Shown here one piece after another: positions 11,304 through 23,100 of a DNA stretch of 64,000 bases (position 1 is the first letter of the stretch; each line of letters starts with the position of its first letter). The notes under the pieces are model-generated. The model saw only the letters and a program-made list of their open reading frames with translations. It was not told the origin of the DNA and made no database searches. This DNA comes from Vermamoeba vermiformis (Eukaryota), in NCBI GenBank assembly GCA_045837725.1, contig JBEWZL010000124.1, positions 310,001-374,000 on the forward strand, in the 5' to 3' direction. Position numbers and translations under genes: made by a program.

Positions 11304-13298
11304 ATGGATGGTGCCAACGAGGCCTTGCTTGGCGGTCTTAGTTCTATGTAAGTGATAATAATGACTCATATATTTATTTTTATCTTATTTTATCATCATA
11401 TTTAATTTTAAATCACTTTTAAAAATAATGCGCGTGTCAGACCGTTATAAATTGGGCGCGATTGAGGATCTACCCGTCTCCGCTTATCCATCCGATTACA
11501 GTCGTACTAATATAAATTATTAGAGAAAAGAAACAACATAAAAAAGAAAACAGAAGCAAGAAAGCTGCTCTGATCGTGATCGGCATCTTCACTTTCTTGT
11601 ATTGCATTGCTGAGCTTGCTGCAGGTACGTCTAAGGATTCCACGATGAAAACAGCATTAATGCAGTATTGTTAGCAATATACACATCGTCTCTCGCACTA
11701 CTGAGCGACGGATTTCACAATCTATCGGATGTGTTATCGCTAAGCATTGCTTATTGGGCCATACAGGCATGTAATAGTGATTATTTAATCTTTACAATTC
11801 TAGAAGTTTACAAAGTTGAGGCTCCAGAAGATTCTGACATTTGAGTTAGGCATCTGAGAAAGGCAAATCTGACTCGATGACTTATGGCTGGAAACGAACA
11901 GAAGTAATTGGAGGTCTTATTAACGGCACTTTCTTACTTGCATTGGCCTTATACATCATTATGGACGCGATTCCTCGCTTTATTGAGCCAGTCAAACTGC
12001 CTTCCGGCTACATCTTTATGATTGTTGCTGGCGCAGGCCTTTTTATTAATTTAATAGGCACTATAGTATTTGCAGGTAAGAGAAAAGATTCGATTTGAAA
12101 TATTGTAGAGATTCACACGAGCGCGTGGCCGGATAATTTACACTGATTTTTCTTAATTTAGCCACTGGAACTCATGCGCATCAACACGTGCACGAGGACG
12201 GAGACGATCATCACGGTCACAGCCACGGCCATGGTCATAGCCACGGTGCCAAGAAGAAGAAAAAACACGATCATAATGGTCACGACGAGCACAAGAAGGA
12301 TAAGAAAAAAGAAAAGAAACATGATCACGACCACGACCACGATCATGAACATGATTATGAGCATAAGAAAGACAAAAAGAAAAAGAAACACAATCATGAC
12401 CACGACCATGATCACGATCACGAAAAAACATACGACAAAGAAACAAGTACGTGGAAATCTATTCTAATGTTTCTGTGATAGCACTAACTTGCCGTTTAAT
12501 AGCCCAAGACTTCAATATGCGAGCCGTGTTCTTGCATTATTTGGGTGACGCAGTTTCATCGGGCCTAGTGTTGGGCACTGGTGTATTGATGCACTTTTAC
12601 GAGGATAAGAAGTGGATTGTATATGCTGATCCTGCATCAAGGTACGGACTATAGTACATCTTGCGAGGGTTTAATGACAATTACTGATCGCTCTTTAGTT
12701 TGCTCATTGTGGGCATTGTGTTGGCCACGACCATTCCTCTTGTACGAAGCTGTGCTGCCATTCTCATGCAACGTACACCTGGCCGTGTCGATATTAAGAA
12801 AATGAAACAAGATTTACGCACAGTACGTTAAGGAACCCCTAAGCAGTGACTTAGATCTGATCGGCTAACAACGACTTTTAGATCCCAGGCTTGGTGAACA
12901 TTCACGACTTGCACGTGTGGCAATTAGGTGACGATATGAGCATCGGAACAATTCACATTACTTGTCAACGAAGCGAGAATCCACGAGACTATGAGGACAT
13001 GCTCGATGAAGTCAAGCGAGTGTTCCACAAGTTCGGTGTTCATAGCACTACCGTGCAGCCTGAATTCGTGTCGGGGCCTGTGGTGCCTGAAGAGTGCCAG
13101 CAGAACTGCGTGGAGGAGTGCGAAGAAGATTGGTGTTGTAGGGAAGATGCGGTGGAGATGCCGAGTGTAAACACTAACTACAATACGTTCAATGGCAATA
13201 ATTCAGTTAATGCCGCTCCCCATGAAGTCTTATTCGGCAATTCACCAGCAAATCCAGCGGACATTAATAATCCAGCGGGCTACAACCACATTGTCTGA
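11304..13298 (+). CDS. Cation diffusion facilitator zinc transporter (ZnT1/Zrc1-like) with a long His/Lys-rich loop
   Basis: [53 protein letters not shown] and HSTTVQPE motifs, plus a Cys-rich tail. Confidence 0.93.
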
Positions 13299-13574
13299 AA
13301 CCTCTTTGTAAATAAAACAAAATGTTGAATAGAAGAACACAAGAGAACAGCTGTTAGCTTTGCTTGTATTATATATTCGTTGGACAATGTAGGATTGAAC
13401 TTTCACGTGGCCATTCCGGCAGACAAGAATTTTATCGCTCCATCTGCTTAGAAAACTCTACGGACCCAAAACAAAAACCGAGAAATTTTCCAATGCTGCC
13501 ATTCTAAAATGTAAGCATTATATACAAATATATATTTATCTTACTATCCATTACGAATCCCTACAAACCACTAA

Positions 13575-16214
13575 ATGATGGCTTTAAAACTCACTGGAAA
13601 GAGAAATCGTTGCGCCGATTTTGGATTTGACATGGACGAGCCCTCAGCAAAGCGTCAATGCACAAAAAGTACGTAATTGAATATAGATATTATTAATATA
13701 GATATTATAAATTAATTGCAATTCACCAAGGACAGATCTAACCTCTTGATCATTTTTAGGTAACCAGAACGAAGACATCCAAAAAAGACGCGAGAAATTA
13801 TTTGCTTGGAGCCAAAATATGAAAACTGAAGAGCCGCCTGCTACTAATAACTCTTCAAATGTGGCTAACGAAGTTGATACTTTGGATGCATTCATGGTTG
13901 GCATTGAAAACAAGGTACAGCAACTGCGCAATGAGTCGCTGATGAAAATAAATGCCGAGAGCCAAATGGTAAGTTTATTATGATTAGTAATAATGAGCAC
14001 AAGATACTTACACCTAACTCTTTGCCTCGTAGAAAGTCGAGATCGAGGAGCCGCAGGTTGAAAAGTCTAGTGATCAAGCGATCGCGTTTATTAACAAGAC
14101 CGGCAAGAAGAACTTAGAGCAAGTAGACCACGCGACAATGGACTATATTGCATTCAGAAAAGACTTGTACGTTGAGGTGCCGGACATCGCTAAAATGACC
14201 GACGAGCAAGTCTCTGCTTATAGAGCTCAATTAGACGACATTAAGATTAGGGTAAGTATTAGCATTGTTATACCATATTCTTTCCTTTACTAAAACAAGA
14301 TACGAAACAGCTTTTTTTTCATAGGGAAAAGATTGTCCTAAGCCAATCAAGAACTTCAGCCAGTGTGGCTTAAATTCTAAAATGTAAGTATTATACAAAA
14401 ATATATATTTATTTTGCTAACGGCGCGAAATATAACAGAACAGAGCTACAACACAATTTTTTTGTTAATCTAGATTGTCCGTGCTGAAGAAGTCTGAGAT
14501 CGATAAGCCAACTCCTATTCAAGCTCAAGCCTTGCCTGCAATCATGAGTGGACGAGACGTGATTGGCATTGCTAAGACAGGCTCGGGCAAGACTTTGGCG
14601 TACTTGTTGCCCCTGATCAGACACATCTTGGACCAACCTCCACGCACCCCAAGTGACGGACCTATCGCATTAATTATGGCCCCAACGCACGAGCTTGTCA
14701 TTCAAATCAACGACGAGTTGAAAAAGTTCAAGGCTGTCACCGGCATCAGAAGCACGGCTGTGTACGGTGGTGCAGGAGTGGCCAGTCAAATTGGAGACTT
14801 GAAGCGTGGTGCTGAAGTGGTCGTGTGCACTCCTGGACGCATGATTGATCTGTTGTGCAAGAACAAAGGACGAATCACAAACCTTAAGCGCGTTACTTTC
14901 GTCGTTTTGGACGAAGCTGATCGCATGTTCGACATGGGATTTGAAGTGCAAATTCGAAAGATCATCGCCAACATCAGACCTGAACGACAAGTGGTCATGT
15001 TCTCTGCAACTTTTCCACGGGTAGTTGAGACCGCAGCTCGTTCTCTCTTGTCCAACCCTCTTGAAGTCACTGTCCAAGGCAAAACTATCGTTGCTGATAC
15101 CATCGACCAGTTCGTTGAAGTTGTGACTGAAGAGCAGAAACTGGCACGTGCAATGGAAGTGATAACAGCTTGGTACGACAAGGGCAGCATTCTCATCTTC
15201 GTGGACACGCAACAAGCAGCAGACCTGTTGTTCAGAGACATCATCAGATCTGGCTACGCTTGTGTCACACTCCACGGAGGAAAAGAACAAGTTGATCGTG
15301 AAGCCACCATTTCTGACTTTCGACGTGGTCACGTGAAGATTATGATAGCTACATCAGTCGCAGCACGTGGTCTAGATGTGCCATCCATTCGCTTGGTGCT
15401 TAACTACGATGTGCCGAATCACTTGCAAGATTACATTCATCGCGTGGGGCGTACCGGACGTGCTGGTAACCACGGCACAGCCATCACTTTCATCACGCCA
15501 GAAGAGGACCAATACTCGCCAGACCTCGTCAAAGCTCTCAAAGACGCAAAGTTGGCCATTCCCTCACCGTTGGAAGAGTTGTACAATCAATTCCAAGCCA
15601 AACTTCATCAAGGTACAGCTCGACGCCATGTGGGAGGCTACTTGAGAGTGCAGGACAAATCCGCAAAGAAAGAAGAGGAACGCAAACGCGAGAGAAAGAG
15701 ACAGATGATGTTGGCTGACGAGGAGTATGTTGACAGTGATGACGAGCTCTCAGCTGGACACGAGAGCGAAGAGCAAGAAGAGGTCGAGTGCAAGGCCGTG
15801 GCCGAGAAGTCAATGCCTACACGTCCCAATGAAGGCGCGATGACCAGTCAAATGGCCACCATTGAAATGTTGAAGCAGCGATTGAATGCCAAGCTGCAGC
15901 AATCAAACACAGTACTAAGCGAGCATGAAGAGTTCGAAATCAACGAGTACCCGCAGAATGTGCTGTATAAAGTCACAAACAAAGAAGCGCTGCGCCAGAT
16001 CCAAGATATCACCGGATGCAACGTGACAAAGAAAGGTTTTTACGTCGCACCTGGTCGCAAGCCTCCTACCGGCGAGAGAAAGTTGTACTTGTTAATTGAA
16101 GGCAACAACCTCGAAATTCAAACAGCTAAGGCAGAAATCAAGAAAAGGTTGGAAGAAGCCGTTTGTAACATGCATCCCGAAAGATCCGTTGAAAGAAGAT
16201 TTACCGTTGTATAA
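13575..16214 (+). CDS. DDX46: DEAD-box RNA helicase Prp5/DDX46
   Basis: AKTGSGKT, APTHEL, DEADRMFDMGF, SAT and HRVGRTGRAG motifs. N-terminal EVDTLDAFM (DPLD-like) and C-terminal EINEYPQ..YKVT KH-like domain. Confidence 0.9.
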
Positions 16215-16357
16215 CACCTTGTTATCGAAGTGTGTAACCTCTACCATATTATAAACATCAGAATTATTTTCGCTAATTTCTATTTTTGGTAAAGCAAAAA
16301 ACTTTAAAAAGTAATTACGAAGTTTTTACTTCTTAATCACAAGCAAGTAACAACAAT

Positions 16358-16594
16358 ATGTCAGCCACAAGCGGAAAAAAATTAAAGAAGATCACCCCGG
16401 GGGGTACTTGCCTTCAATCATACCCTTGCCAGCATCCAGAAACAGTGCTCGAGTACGAAGACGGAACGACTGAAGTAGTTGATTTGGGCGGAGGTCGGGC
16501 AGTAGACCTGTGTCGTGAGCATAAAATTCCAGTTCCATCTCATTGGAAATATGTAGCGAGAAAAAGGAAACGTGTAACCTGCCAAATCATCTAA
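16358..16594 (+). CDS. Small intronless hypothetical protein with a CLQSYPCQH motif and C-terminal CaaX (CQII)
   Basis: 78-aa ORF with coding-like composition and an A-rich start context, flanked by AT-rich DNA. Confidence 0.6.
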   Translation: MSATSGKKLKKITPGGTCLQSYPCQHPETVLEYEDGTTEVVDLGGGRAVDLCREHKIPVPSHWKYVARKRKRVTCQII

Positions 16595-16805
16595 AAATAA
16601 TATTTTAAACCAACTTTGCGTGAAACCAAATCCAACTTCAATCCAACCGAATCCAAAATAACGACCGAATTTCAAGGTGATAACCAAGAATTAGGTTGTT
16701 TATGATTATAAACACCTATTCTCATTGTGCCAAGGCCAATTTTGTTGTGTATGCCTAATTTTTATCGAACTACCGACGCGCGAACCAAAAAAAAAAAAAA
16801 TTCAA

Positions 16806-16884
16806 TTTGTACGGCTGGATTCGAACTTGGAAAATTTACTGTTTACAGTACATGATAAATAAAAATAAACTAAGTTACGTCCCT
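16806..16884 (-). pseudogene. Degenerate tRNA-like relic (possible GTA anticodon) followed by a poly-T tract
   Basis: The minus strand has an A-box-like TAACTTAG, a CTGTAAA loop and a B-box-like GTTCGAATCC at tRNA-like spacing, then T13 (16788-16800). The stems pair poorly. Confidence 0.3.
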
Positions 16885-17148
16885 CATTAAAATATCGCTG
16901 AAGCTGTTGAGCATCGCTTGCACAATTAAAATTAGCTTTTTAAGTAATTTTCGACATGTATCCAATAGCAGCAAAAGCTATATATCTGACTTTACCTATA
17001 AATACATTGAAAAAAACTTTGCTTATAAATCCCAGCCAATTATAATTAATTTCGAAATTCGGCAAAATTTATTTTCAATTCCAAAATAAATCCGTGACAT
17101 TAATAAGCTTAAGAACTCAGAAATAATACTGTATCACTACACACCAAC

Positions 17149-17457
17149 TTATTTCATCTTGTTAAATGGAGCGAAATACATCTCAACCAGTTCCCAATCA
17201 TCAAAATAACCAGGAACTGTATTTTGCCGTATGGTTACAGATACTCCAGAAGGCTGGGGATACAACTCTATCCTTTCTTGAGTCTTGGAGTCCAAGGTTC
17301 TATAAACAAGCCAAACATCATCCCTTTTGGTCGCATTTTCGTAAGTTAGGCCCTGATAACGAAGAGGAGGGTTATTTTTGGGGCCAAACCATTCCCACAG
17401 TGTGCTTGTATGTGAAGGAGTGAACTTGATAGGGTGTTGTGGGTTGTCAAATTGCAT
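17149..17457 (-). CDS. Intronless hypothetical protein (~102 aa)
   Basis: ORF from MQFDNPQHP to FAPFNKMK with globular-looking composition; no recognised motif. Confidence 0.5.
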   Translation of the reverse strand: MQFDNPQHPIKFTPSHTSTLWEWFGPKNNPPLRYQGLTYENATKRDDVWLVYRTLDSKTQERIELYPQPSGVSVTIRQNTVPGYFDDWELVEMYFAPFNKMK

Positions 17458-17854
17458 ATTGAATAATGACAAAAATGGGCGCCGGAAACAAATACTTTTG
17501 CTGTTTATTGCAAGACGACGGAAGGAGTTGCAGTTATTCTGAGTACGCAATCTGTATCAACTGTCTACGACCTCCCACCTTGAAAATAATACCTACGAAT
17601 CTCTACAAAACGAACTTTGTACGATGGTGCTTATGTTGTCGTTGCTGGAAACTTCTGGCCCAAATAAATTCCCAAATTTCACTAGGCAACTGTATTGTGC
17701 GTTAGGCTTGTACTCCATAAGGCTGTATATTTGAACAATCTTGGGTTAAATAATATATTAATGGTTAATGCGTTGACGATGAGATTCTCCGGACGGTTAG
17801 ATCTATGCTAAAAAAATGTTTAACTCTAAAATCACAAATGGTATTCAGCTCTAT

Positions 17855-18956
17855 TTAAGACTTGGCAAAAGTAATAACGAGAGCGTGATCGTTGTCCATT
17901 CTGAAGCCCTGCAGACTGCCCATAGCCACACCCGATTGAATTTCATCGTCGAATTCTACGAAGGCAATGCCCTTGCGGCCCGGCACCATAGCGACGTCCT
18001 TGAAGCCAGTGAAGGGCTGGAATATCGCGACAACTTGTTCTTTCGTCGTCTCTTCGGGCACGTTTTGAAGGAAAAGAATTTTGTTTGGCATCTCCATCTG
18101 GGTCGGCATAATGACCTGTTGAGGTTGTTGTGCGCGTGCTGCTTCTGTTTCTTGTCGCTTGTTAGGTCCTTGGTTCTTATCTATTCATCAATTAGCGTTA
18201 GTATTGTTCGTAAAGCAGATCCAGCGGTCGCGTAACGGATCGGATCCTTAACGAGTCTTGCTCTGTAAGGCTTGTTATACGTATATAATGAACTTACTAT
18301 CTTCAGCTTTTCGTTTTTTATCTTCCTTTCGCTTCTGACGAGGTACGTAAGTGCCATCAAGACGAGCTACGACATCCGACTTGGCGCGAGCATAAGAAAC
18401 TTTCTAAAATTCCAAATAATATTAATATCGTATATAATATCATTTAGTCACCGCCTACTACGCATATATTATTTTAAAATTATTCTGAGTACTTACAATT
18501 GGTTTTTCGAAAAAGTTGAAGTTGCCCATCTGTCGAACGGCAGCGGCGGCTGAAGCAATGTCCTTAAACACGATAAAGGCTTGTCCTCGCATCTTCCAAT
18601 TTCGGCTAGCGTGAATGTCCAAAATCGGTCCGAATTGTGAGAACAAAGCGTAAAGTGCGCGCCTCAAATCTGTGGTTACGAAATATTAGAATTATTCGAT
18701 TATTAATTATTGTAAAATGATATTTATGCGTATTGTGAATACTCTACGCCATATAGCAAATGAGAGAAGCAATTACAAAAATTATTGAAAAAAATATCAG
18801 ATTAATTTTCGAAATAATATTACGATTGCATATTGAGCACTATACGCATCAACAAATAATTAATAAAATATAATTACCATCTTCTTTGATTTTATCGTTG
18901 ATATTATTGATATAAACAGTCTGATTCGGCAAAGCATCCTCTGTTTTTGTGGCCAT
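17855..18956 (-). CDS. U1A/U2B''/SNF-family snRNP protein (two RRMs)
   Basis: PNQTVYINNINDKIK, LYALFSQFGPILDI, KMRGQAFIVF in RRM1. PNKILFLQNVP..VAMVPGRKGIAFVEF..ITFAK in RRM2. Confidence 0.93.
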
Positions 18957-19148
18957 GTTGTCTTATTGTATTTAAATAACTAAGAACCAATGGGGATGTT
19001 GATTATAGGTCGAATAAACAAGCCAAATCAACGCAGAAAAATTCTTTCGCTTTTGGCAAGAGAAAGCAAAATTTGATCGTCAAATTTTTTTGGATCGAGG
19101 TTTTGACAGGCAAAATCGGCTCTAATTGTTGCAATAAGGCCTATAATC

Positions 19149-21245
19149 ATGACCACATTACCAGCAGCCTTAGAAAAGTTCTTTGTATTTTGTCCTCGGC
19201 TCGGTCCACGAGAAGAAACCGAGCATGAAAAAGTATTATTTTTTTATCCACTAGATGCGAGTTCAAATCAGCAGCAATCCGACATTGGCATTACAGAAGC
19301 ATTTGTTAATTTTGCTAAGTAAGAATTGTAATTTTGCGTTTAAGCTCAACTGCAGATCTGCCATTAAAATTCAAATTAAATATTGGATATTATTGTTTAC
19401 GCACGCTATTAATTTCCTCATATTTTATACCCTATATTAATAATAAATTGACATTTAATCAGAACTTTCTCGGATGTACCGTGCGATTATGTCCACACCG
19501 AAAAACATCGCAAAGCTATTATAGAGCCCGAAGAAGGCATTTGGTTTGTCTTAGTAGGTCTTATATACACTATAATTACATTATTATATGCTTATAATAT
19601 TGACATTAGGACATTCGAAACTCGTGTACAATTAAAAGCAACAAAGAAATTGAATGGCACGGCGATGAACTCGACGATATTGGCCTCAAAACATTAGTCA
19701 AACAAATGTACAAAATATTTACCGTAAGTACAATATTATAATCGTATTAATAAGGCGGATCTAATGCCCGCGTTAGTTTTTCAATGGCACTTGCGAACAA
19801 ATACTCAAAGAAAAATCAGCAGACGAGCTGCGCAACAAATTGAAATCGACATTGATGCAGTACTTGCCGCTAATCAATTTAGATCACGTGGATATATTCA
19901 CTGCATTGGACGGTACGGGCCTTTACAGTTCACTGAAAATTATCAACTACTTACCTCATTCATAATTGACGTTAGAACGCGTGATAATACGTTAAATAGA
20001 TAATATTGTAACTCATTAGCAGCTCTCTTTCATCGTTAAACTGCCATTGTTGTCGGATCTGATTTTGACGATTTTATTTTCTAGGTATTAAGTTCCATCC
20101 AGTGAACAAGAATATATACTTGAAGATCCAATCGTTCGTTAATGGCGTCGAGCATAGTTTTGAACAAATTCATTACACTTGTTTCTTATTCAAAGATAGT
20201 TTAATATGGAGTGGATTAGAACAAGACGATATTAAGATTTTAATCAAGTTTTTGGTACGTATAATATCGTAGTATTAGTATATTGTTGTATAATGATATT
20301 TATATGCATATAGAATGACAATAGGTCTCGACTTGATGGAAAAACTGAATTCGTAACGGGACCTGATGATTTAAATATGAAAAACGCGAAGATTAATGCA
20401 CCAAAAGTATTCGTGGGCGATGCTTCTAAGAATAAGCTGGCCGCTTATCATTTAATTATCTACCAGGTACCTCCCTATTTGAAATGCTTCAGGATCTAGT
20501 TGCCCGCTCAAAATTTGTTTCTTTACGTTCGCTTTAAATCGATAATATAATCTAATATTTATATCTTTATATAGCTTATGGGCATTACATGCGTATATTT
20601 GATCGACGTAAACGCGCCAATCACGCCACAGTTTTTCCATCAATTAAGAGGGGTAATTAAGCCTCAAATTGAGTTCTTAGCACCGATTATAGAGAACAAT
20701 TATACACCAGGGTACGTTATACCATAATATATTATCGCGTTTTGTACGTATTGCTAACGTTGTTGTCCCGTGTAGCGGCGAGCAAAACTACAAGTACATC
20801 TACTTCAACCAAATGAACTTGGCCATGAAAACATCGCTAGTATCGCCGATGAATAGTCCTAAAATCAACAAAGTACTCACGCAGATGCATTCTGACTTTG
20901 AAACGTAAGCAGATCTCTCGTGTGCAGATTCGGAAATTTAACTTGCAGTTTCGGTGCTCTAACACTCAGTGCAATTTTGTTACTTATACTTTATTTATAG
21001 TGCTACTGACGGCTTGAGCGAAGTTATTGTACGCACGGCTGAAGACACTTGGATCGTCGGTAAAAAGTCCGATCAACGAGAGCTGTTTGTTATTTTTGAT
21101 CAAAAGAATGCCAATTTGATGGATATTAATAGTAAGTCTCGGTAATTATCGTTGCGTTTTCTTATAGCTAAAAACTAATTATTTTCGAACAGATGAGGTC
21201 AAAGAACTTAGTGCTACATACTTCAACAATATTTTCATCGAATAA
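19149..21245 (+). CDS. CCZ1: Vacuolar fusion protein CCZ1 (Mon1-Ccz1 Rab7 GEF subunit)
   Basis: FFVFCPRLGPREETEHEKVLFFYP..IGITEAFVNF, EPEEGIWF, LIWSGLEQDD, YKYIYFNQMNLAMKTSL, WIVGKKSDQRELFV and YFNNIFIE*. Confidence 0.92.
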
Positions 21246-21270
21246 AACTGAGCGATTAATTAATCATTTA

Positions 21271-21633
21271 TTATTTAAATGAATAGAAAATAGTTGTCGC
21301 GAGTACCGCTAAAGCGAACCAAGCAAAGAAGCGAAGAGCAGCGCGTGAGCAGGCGTTAGCTTTCTCGACTTCTAAGTCTACAATCGTCTGGCAATTGCGG
21401 CACCTCATGTGAGAGTACTCCTTGGCCACAGCATGCACTAAACAGATCAGCTCTTGACAACCACGGCACTTGGTGTGTGCAGCAAGGGTGCAGTCTGCGA
21501 TGGAACAGGCAGGTGCGTGAATAGCTATGCGAACTTCTTTCGCTTTAGAAGACTTTTCGTTGTCGCATGGCGTGGCACTGGCTCGTGGACCTGATTGTGG
21601 CGGAGTTTGTAGTTGTGATGCAGTAGTTTGCAT
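21271..21633 (-). CDS. Small tail-anchored protein with a Cys/His zinc-finger-like cluster
   Basis: Intronless 120-aa ORF with C-x4-C..C-x2-C-x4-C-x2-H..C-x2-C and a C-terminal hydrophobic helix. Confidence 0.65.
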   Translation of the reverse strand: MQTTASQLQTPPQSGPRASATPCDNEKSSKAKEVRIAIHAPACSIADCTLAAHTKCRGCQELICLVHAVAKEYSHMRCRNCQTIVDLEVEKANACSRAALRFFAWFALAVLATTIFYSFK

Positions 21634-22069
21634 GTCTTAATTGATGATGTTGGGTTTGGGTTGTGGTAGTTGCGGTGAATATTAGACGATTCTAATCGAC
21701 CTCGTCTTATATCCCGAGACTTGCGCACATTTGCAGCTTTTACCAAGTTGCGCGTTTCGAATTTACGTAACTCTCAAATGTTCCGCGATAAATCATGTAC
21801 TGGCCTACCGCTCGAAACTGAAGGCCTGTTGTGACGAACAACTACATAAATATTACTTAAAAGACAATCCTATCGTGTGGCGAGGCTTCTAATTATGCTA
21901 AAGGTTTGCAAACGAAATTAAAGATTCGGACGGATAGTGTTCGGGCTCCAAAGTGCAGACTTGGTTCTTATATAGAAAATTTTAATGCGGTTAGTTAATT
22001 GCTTTGTACAAAAGGATGTTTGGCTGGAAATATTACAAGTTCTGAGTTCGAACGGATCGCTCGAGCTGA

Positions 22070-22460
22070 TTATTTTTTTTGCTGAGAAGCGGCGAGCATG
22101 CACTTGTTATAAGCATCTCGCTCTTTCTTGCAAAGCAAAATACCTCTCAATGCGGCATCGTCGTCCTAAGTAATTGTACTGTAAGCCACTTCGATAAGCA
22201 AAAAGTGTTTTTCATGATCGGATCCAAAATAATCCACAAAAAATCGAAATAATTATAATTAGCTCATGTATGTGACTTACTTGATCACTTTTCATTTCTC
22301 CATTGGTTGTAAAGCAAAAGAAAAATCGAGCAGCGACTTCACGGCATTCTTTTTTGGTTGTAGGAAAGAAATCCGCTAATTGGACGTCCTCAACGCGTGG
22401 TCGTTGATTTAATGGCTCTACTACAGTAGTATTCGTGTTGGTATTGGTGCTTGTAGACAT
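22070..22460 (-). CDS. Twin CX9C (CHCH-type) mitochondrial intermembrane-space protein
   Basis: Two exons give C-REVAARFFF-C and C-KKERDAYNK-C; the stop codon is at 22070-22072. Confidence 0.75.
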
Positions 22461-23100
22461 GGTGCTCTTTTCTGGTGCTAAATGAAGAATGAAGAATCGT
22501 AAACTCACTTTCACTATGTTTACGGGAGTTGTACGCACTTAACTCAAAAGCTCCCTACAATAATATGATATTCTAGAGCATTAATTATAACTGCTGGTGC
22601 CAGATGCAGAGTTTGGATCTAGATTCGGTCGATCAAGTTTGCACCGGTTTTCGATAACTTCGATTGCCTTAATATGGAATGGTTGTCCATGGCTTTATAT
22701 TGCTCATTTTCGTGAGTGACTGGATGTGATACAATGCTGATCCAAACAAAAGATTTGACAAGCAGTGACACTTTCGATATTTTTTCTGACACTTCCCAAA
22801 CCCATTTACTGCAATTCTCGTATTCGAGCGCACAATAGGAGCCTGTTATAATAGAGTGCTAGTATTTGCTAATTACGCGGGTATTGGCTAGTGGCTCTCT
22901 GACTTACGTAAGATGCGATTGCGATCTTCGCGCATTTTACGTTTGTGAAATTGTGATAGTAATATAATGCAATAATATTTGATAGACACAATATTTGACG
23001 GAATATTAACACGCTAATCAATAGTTCAACTGCGTAACTGTCCAAGCAGAATTCTAATAATATTCCAATTAGGCCATCAGATCACGATTAAATTAATAAT

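Noticed and set aside
14670-15332. Antisense ORFs over DDX46; similar ones over the PH, E2-fusion, PEF and ZnT genes
   Set aside because: Shadow frames of real coding or low-complexity exons, with no independent motifs.
22611-22747. 9-bp inverted repeat GTTTGGATC...GATCCAAAC with an adjacent CTGA, snoRNA- or MITE-like
   Set aside because: No properly placed C box, no target-site duplication and no second copy in the window.
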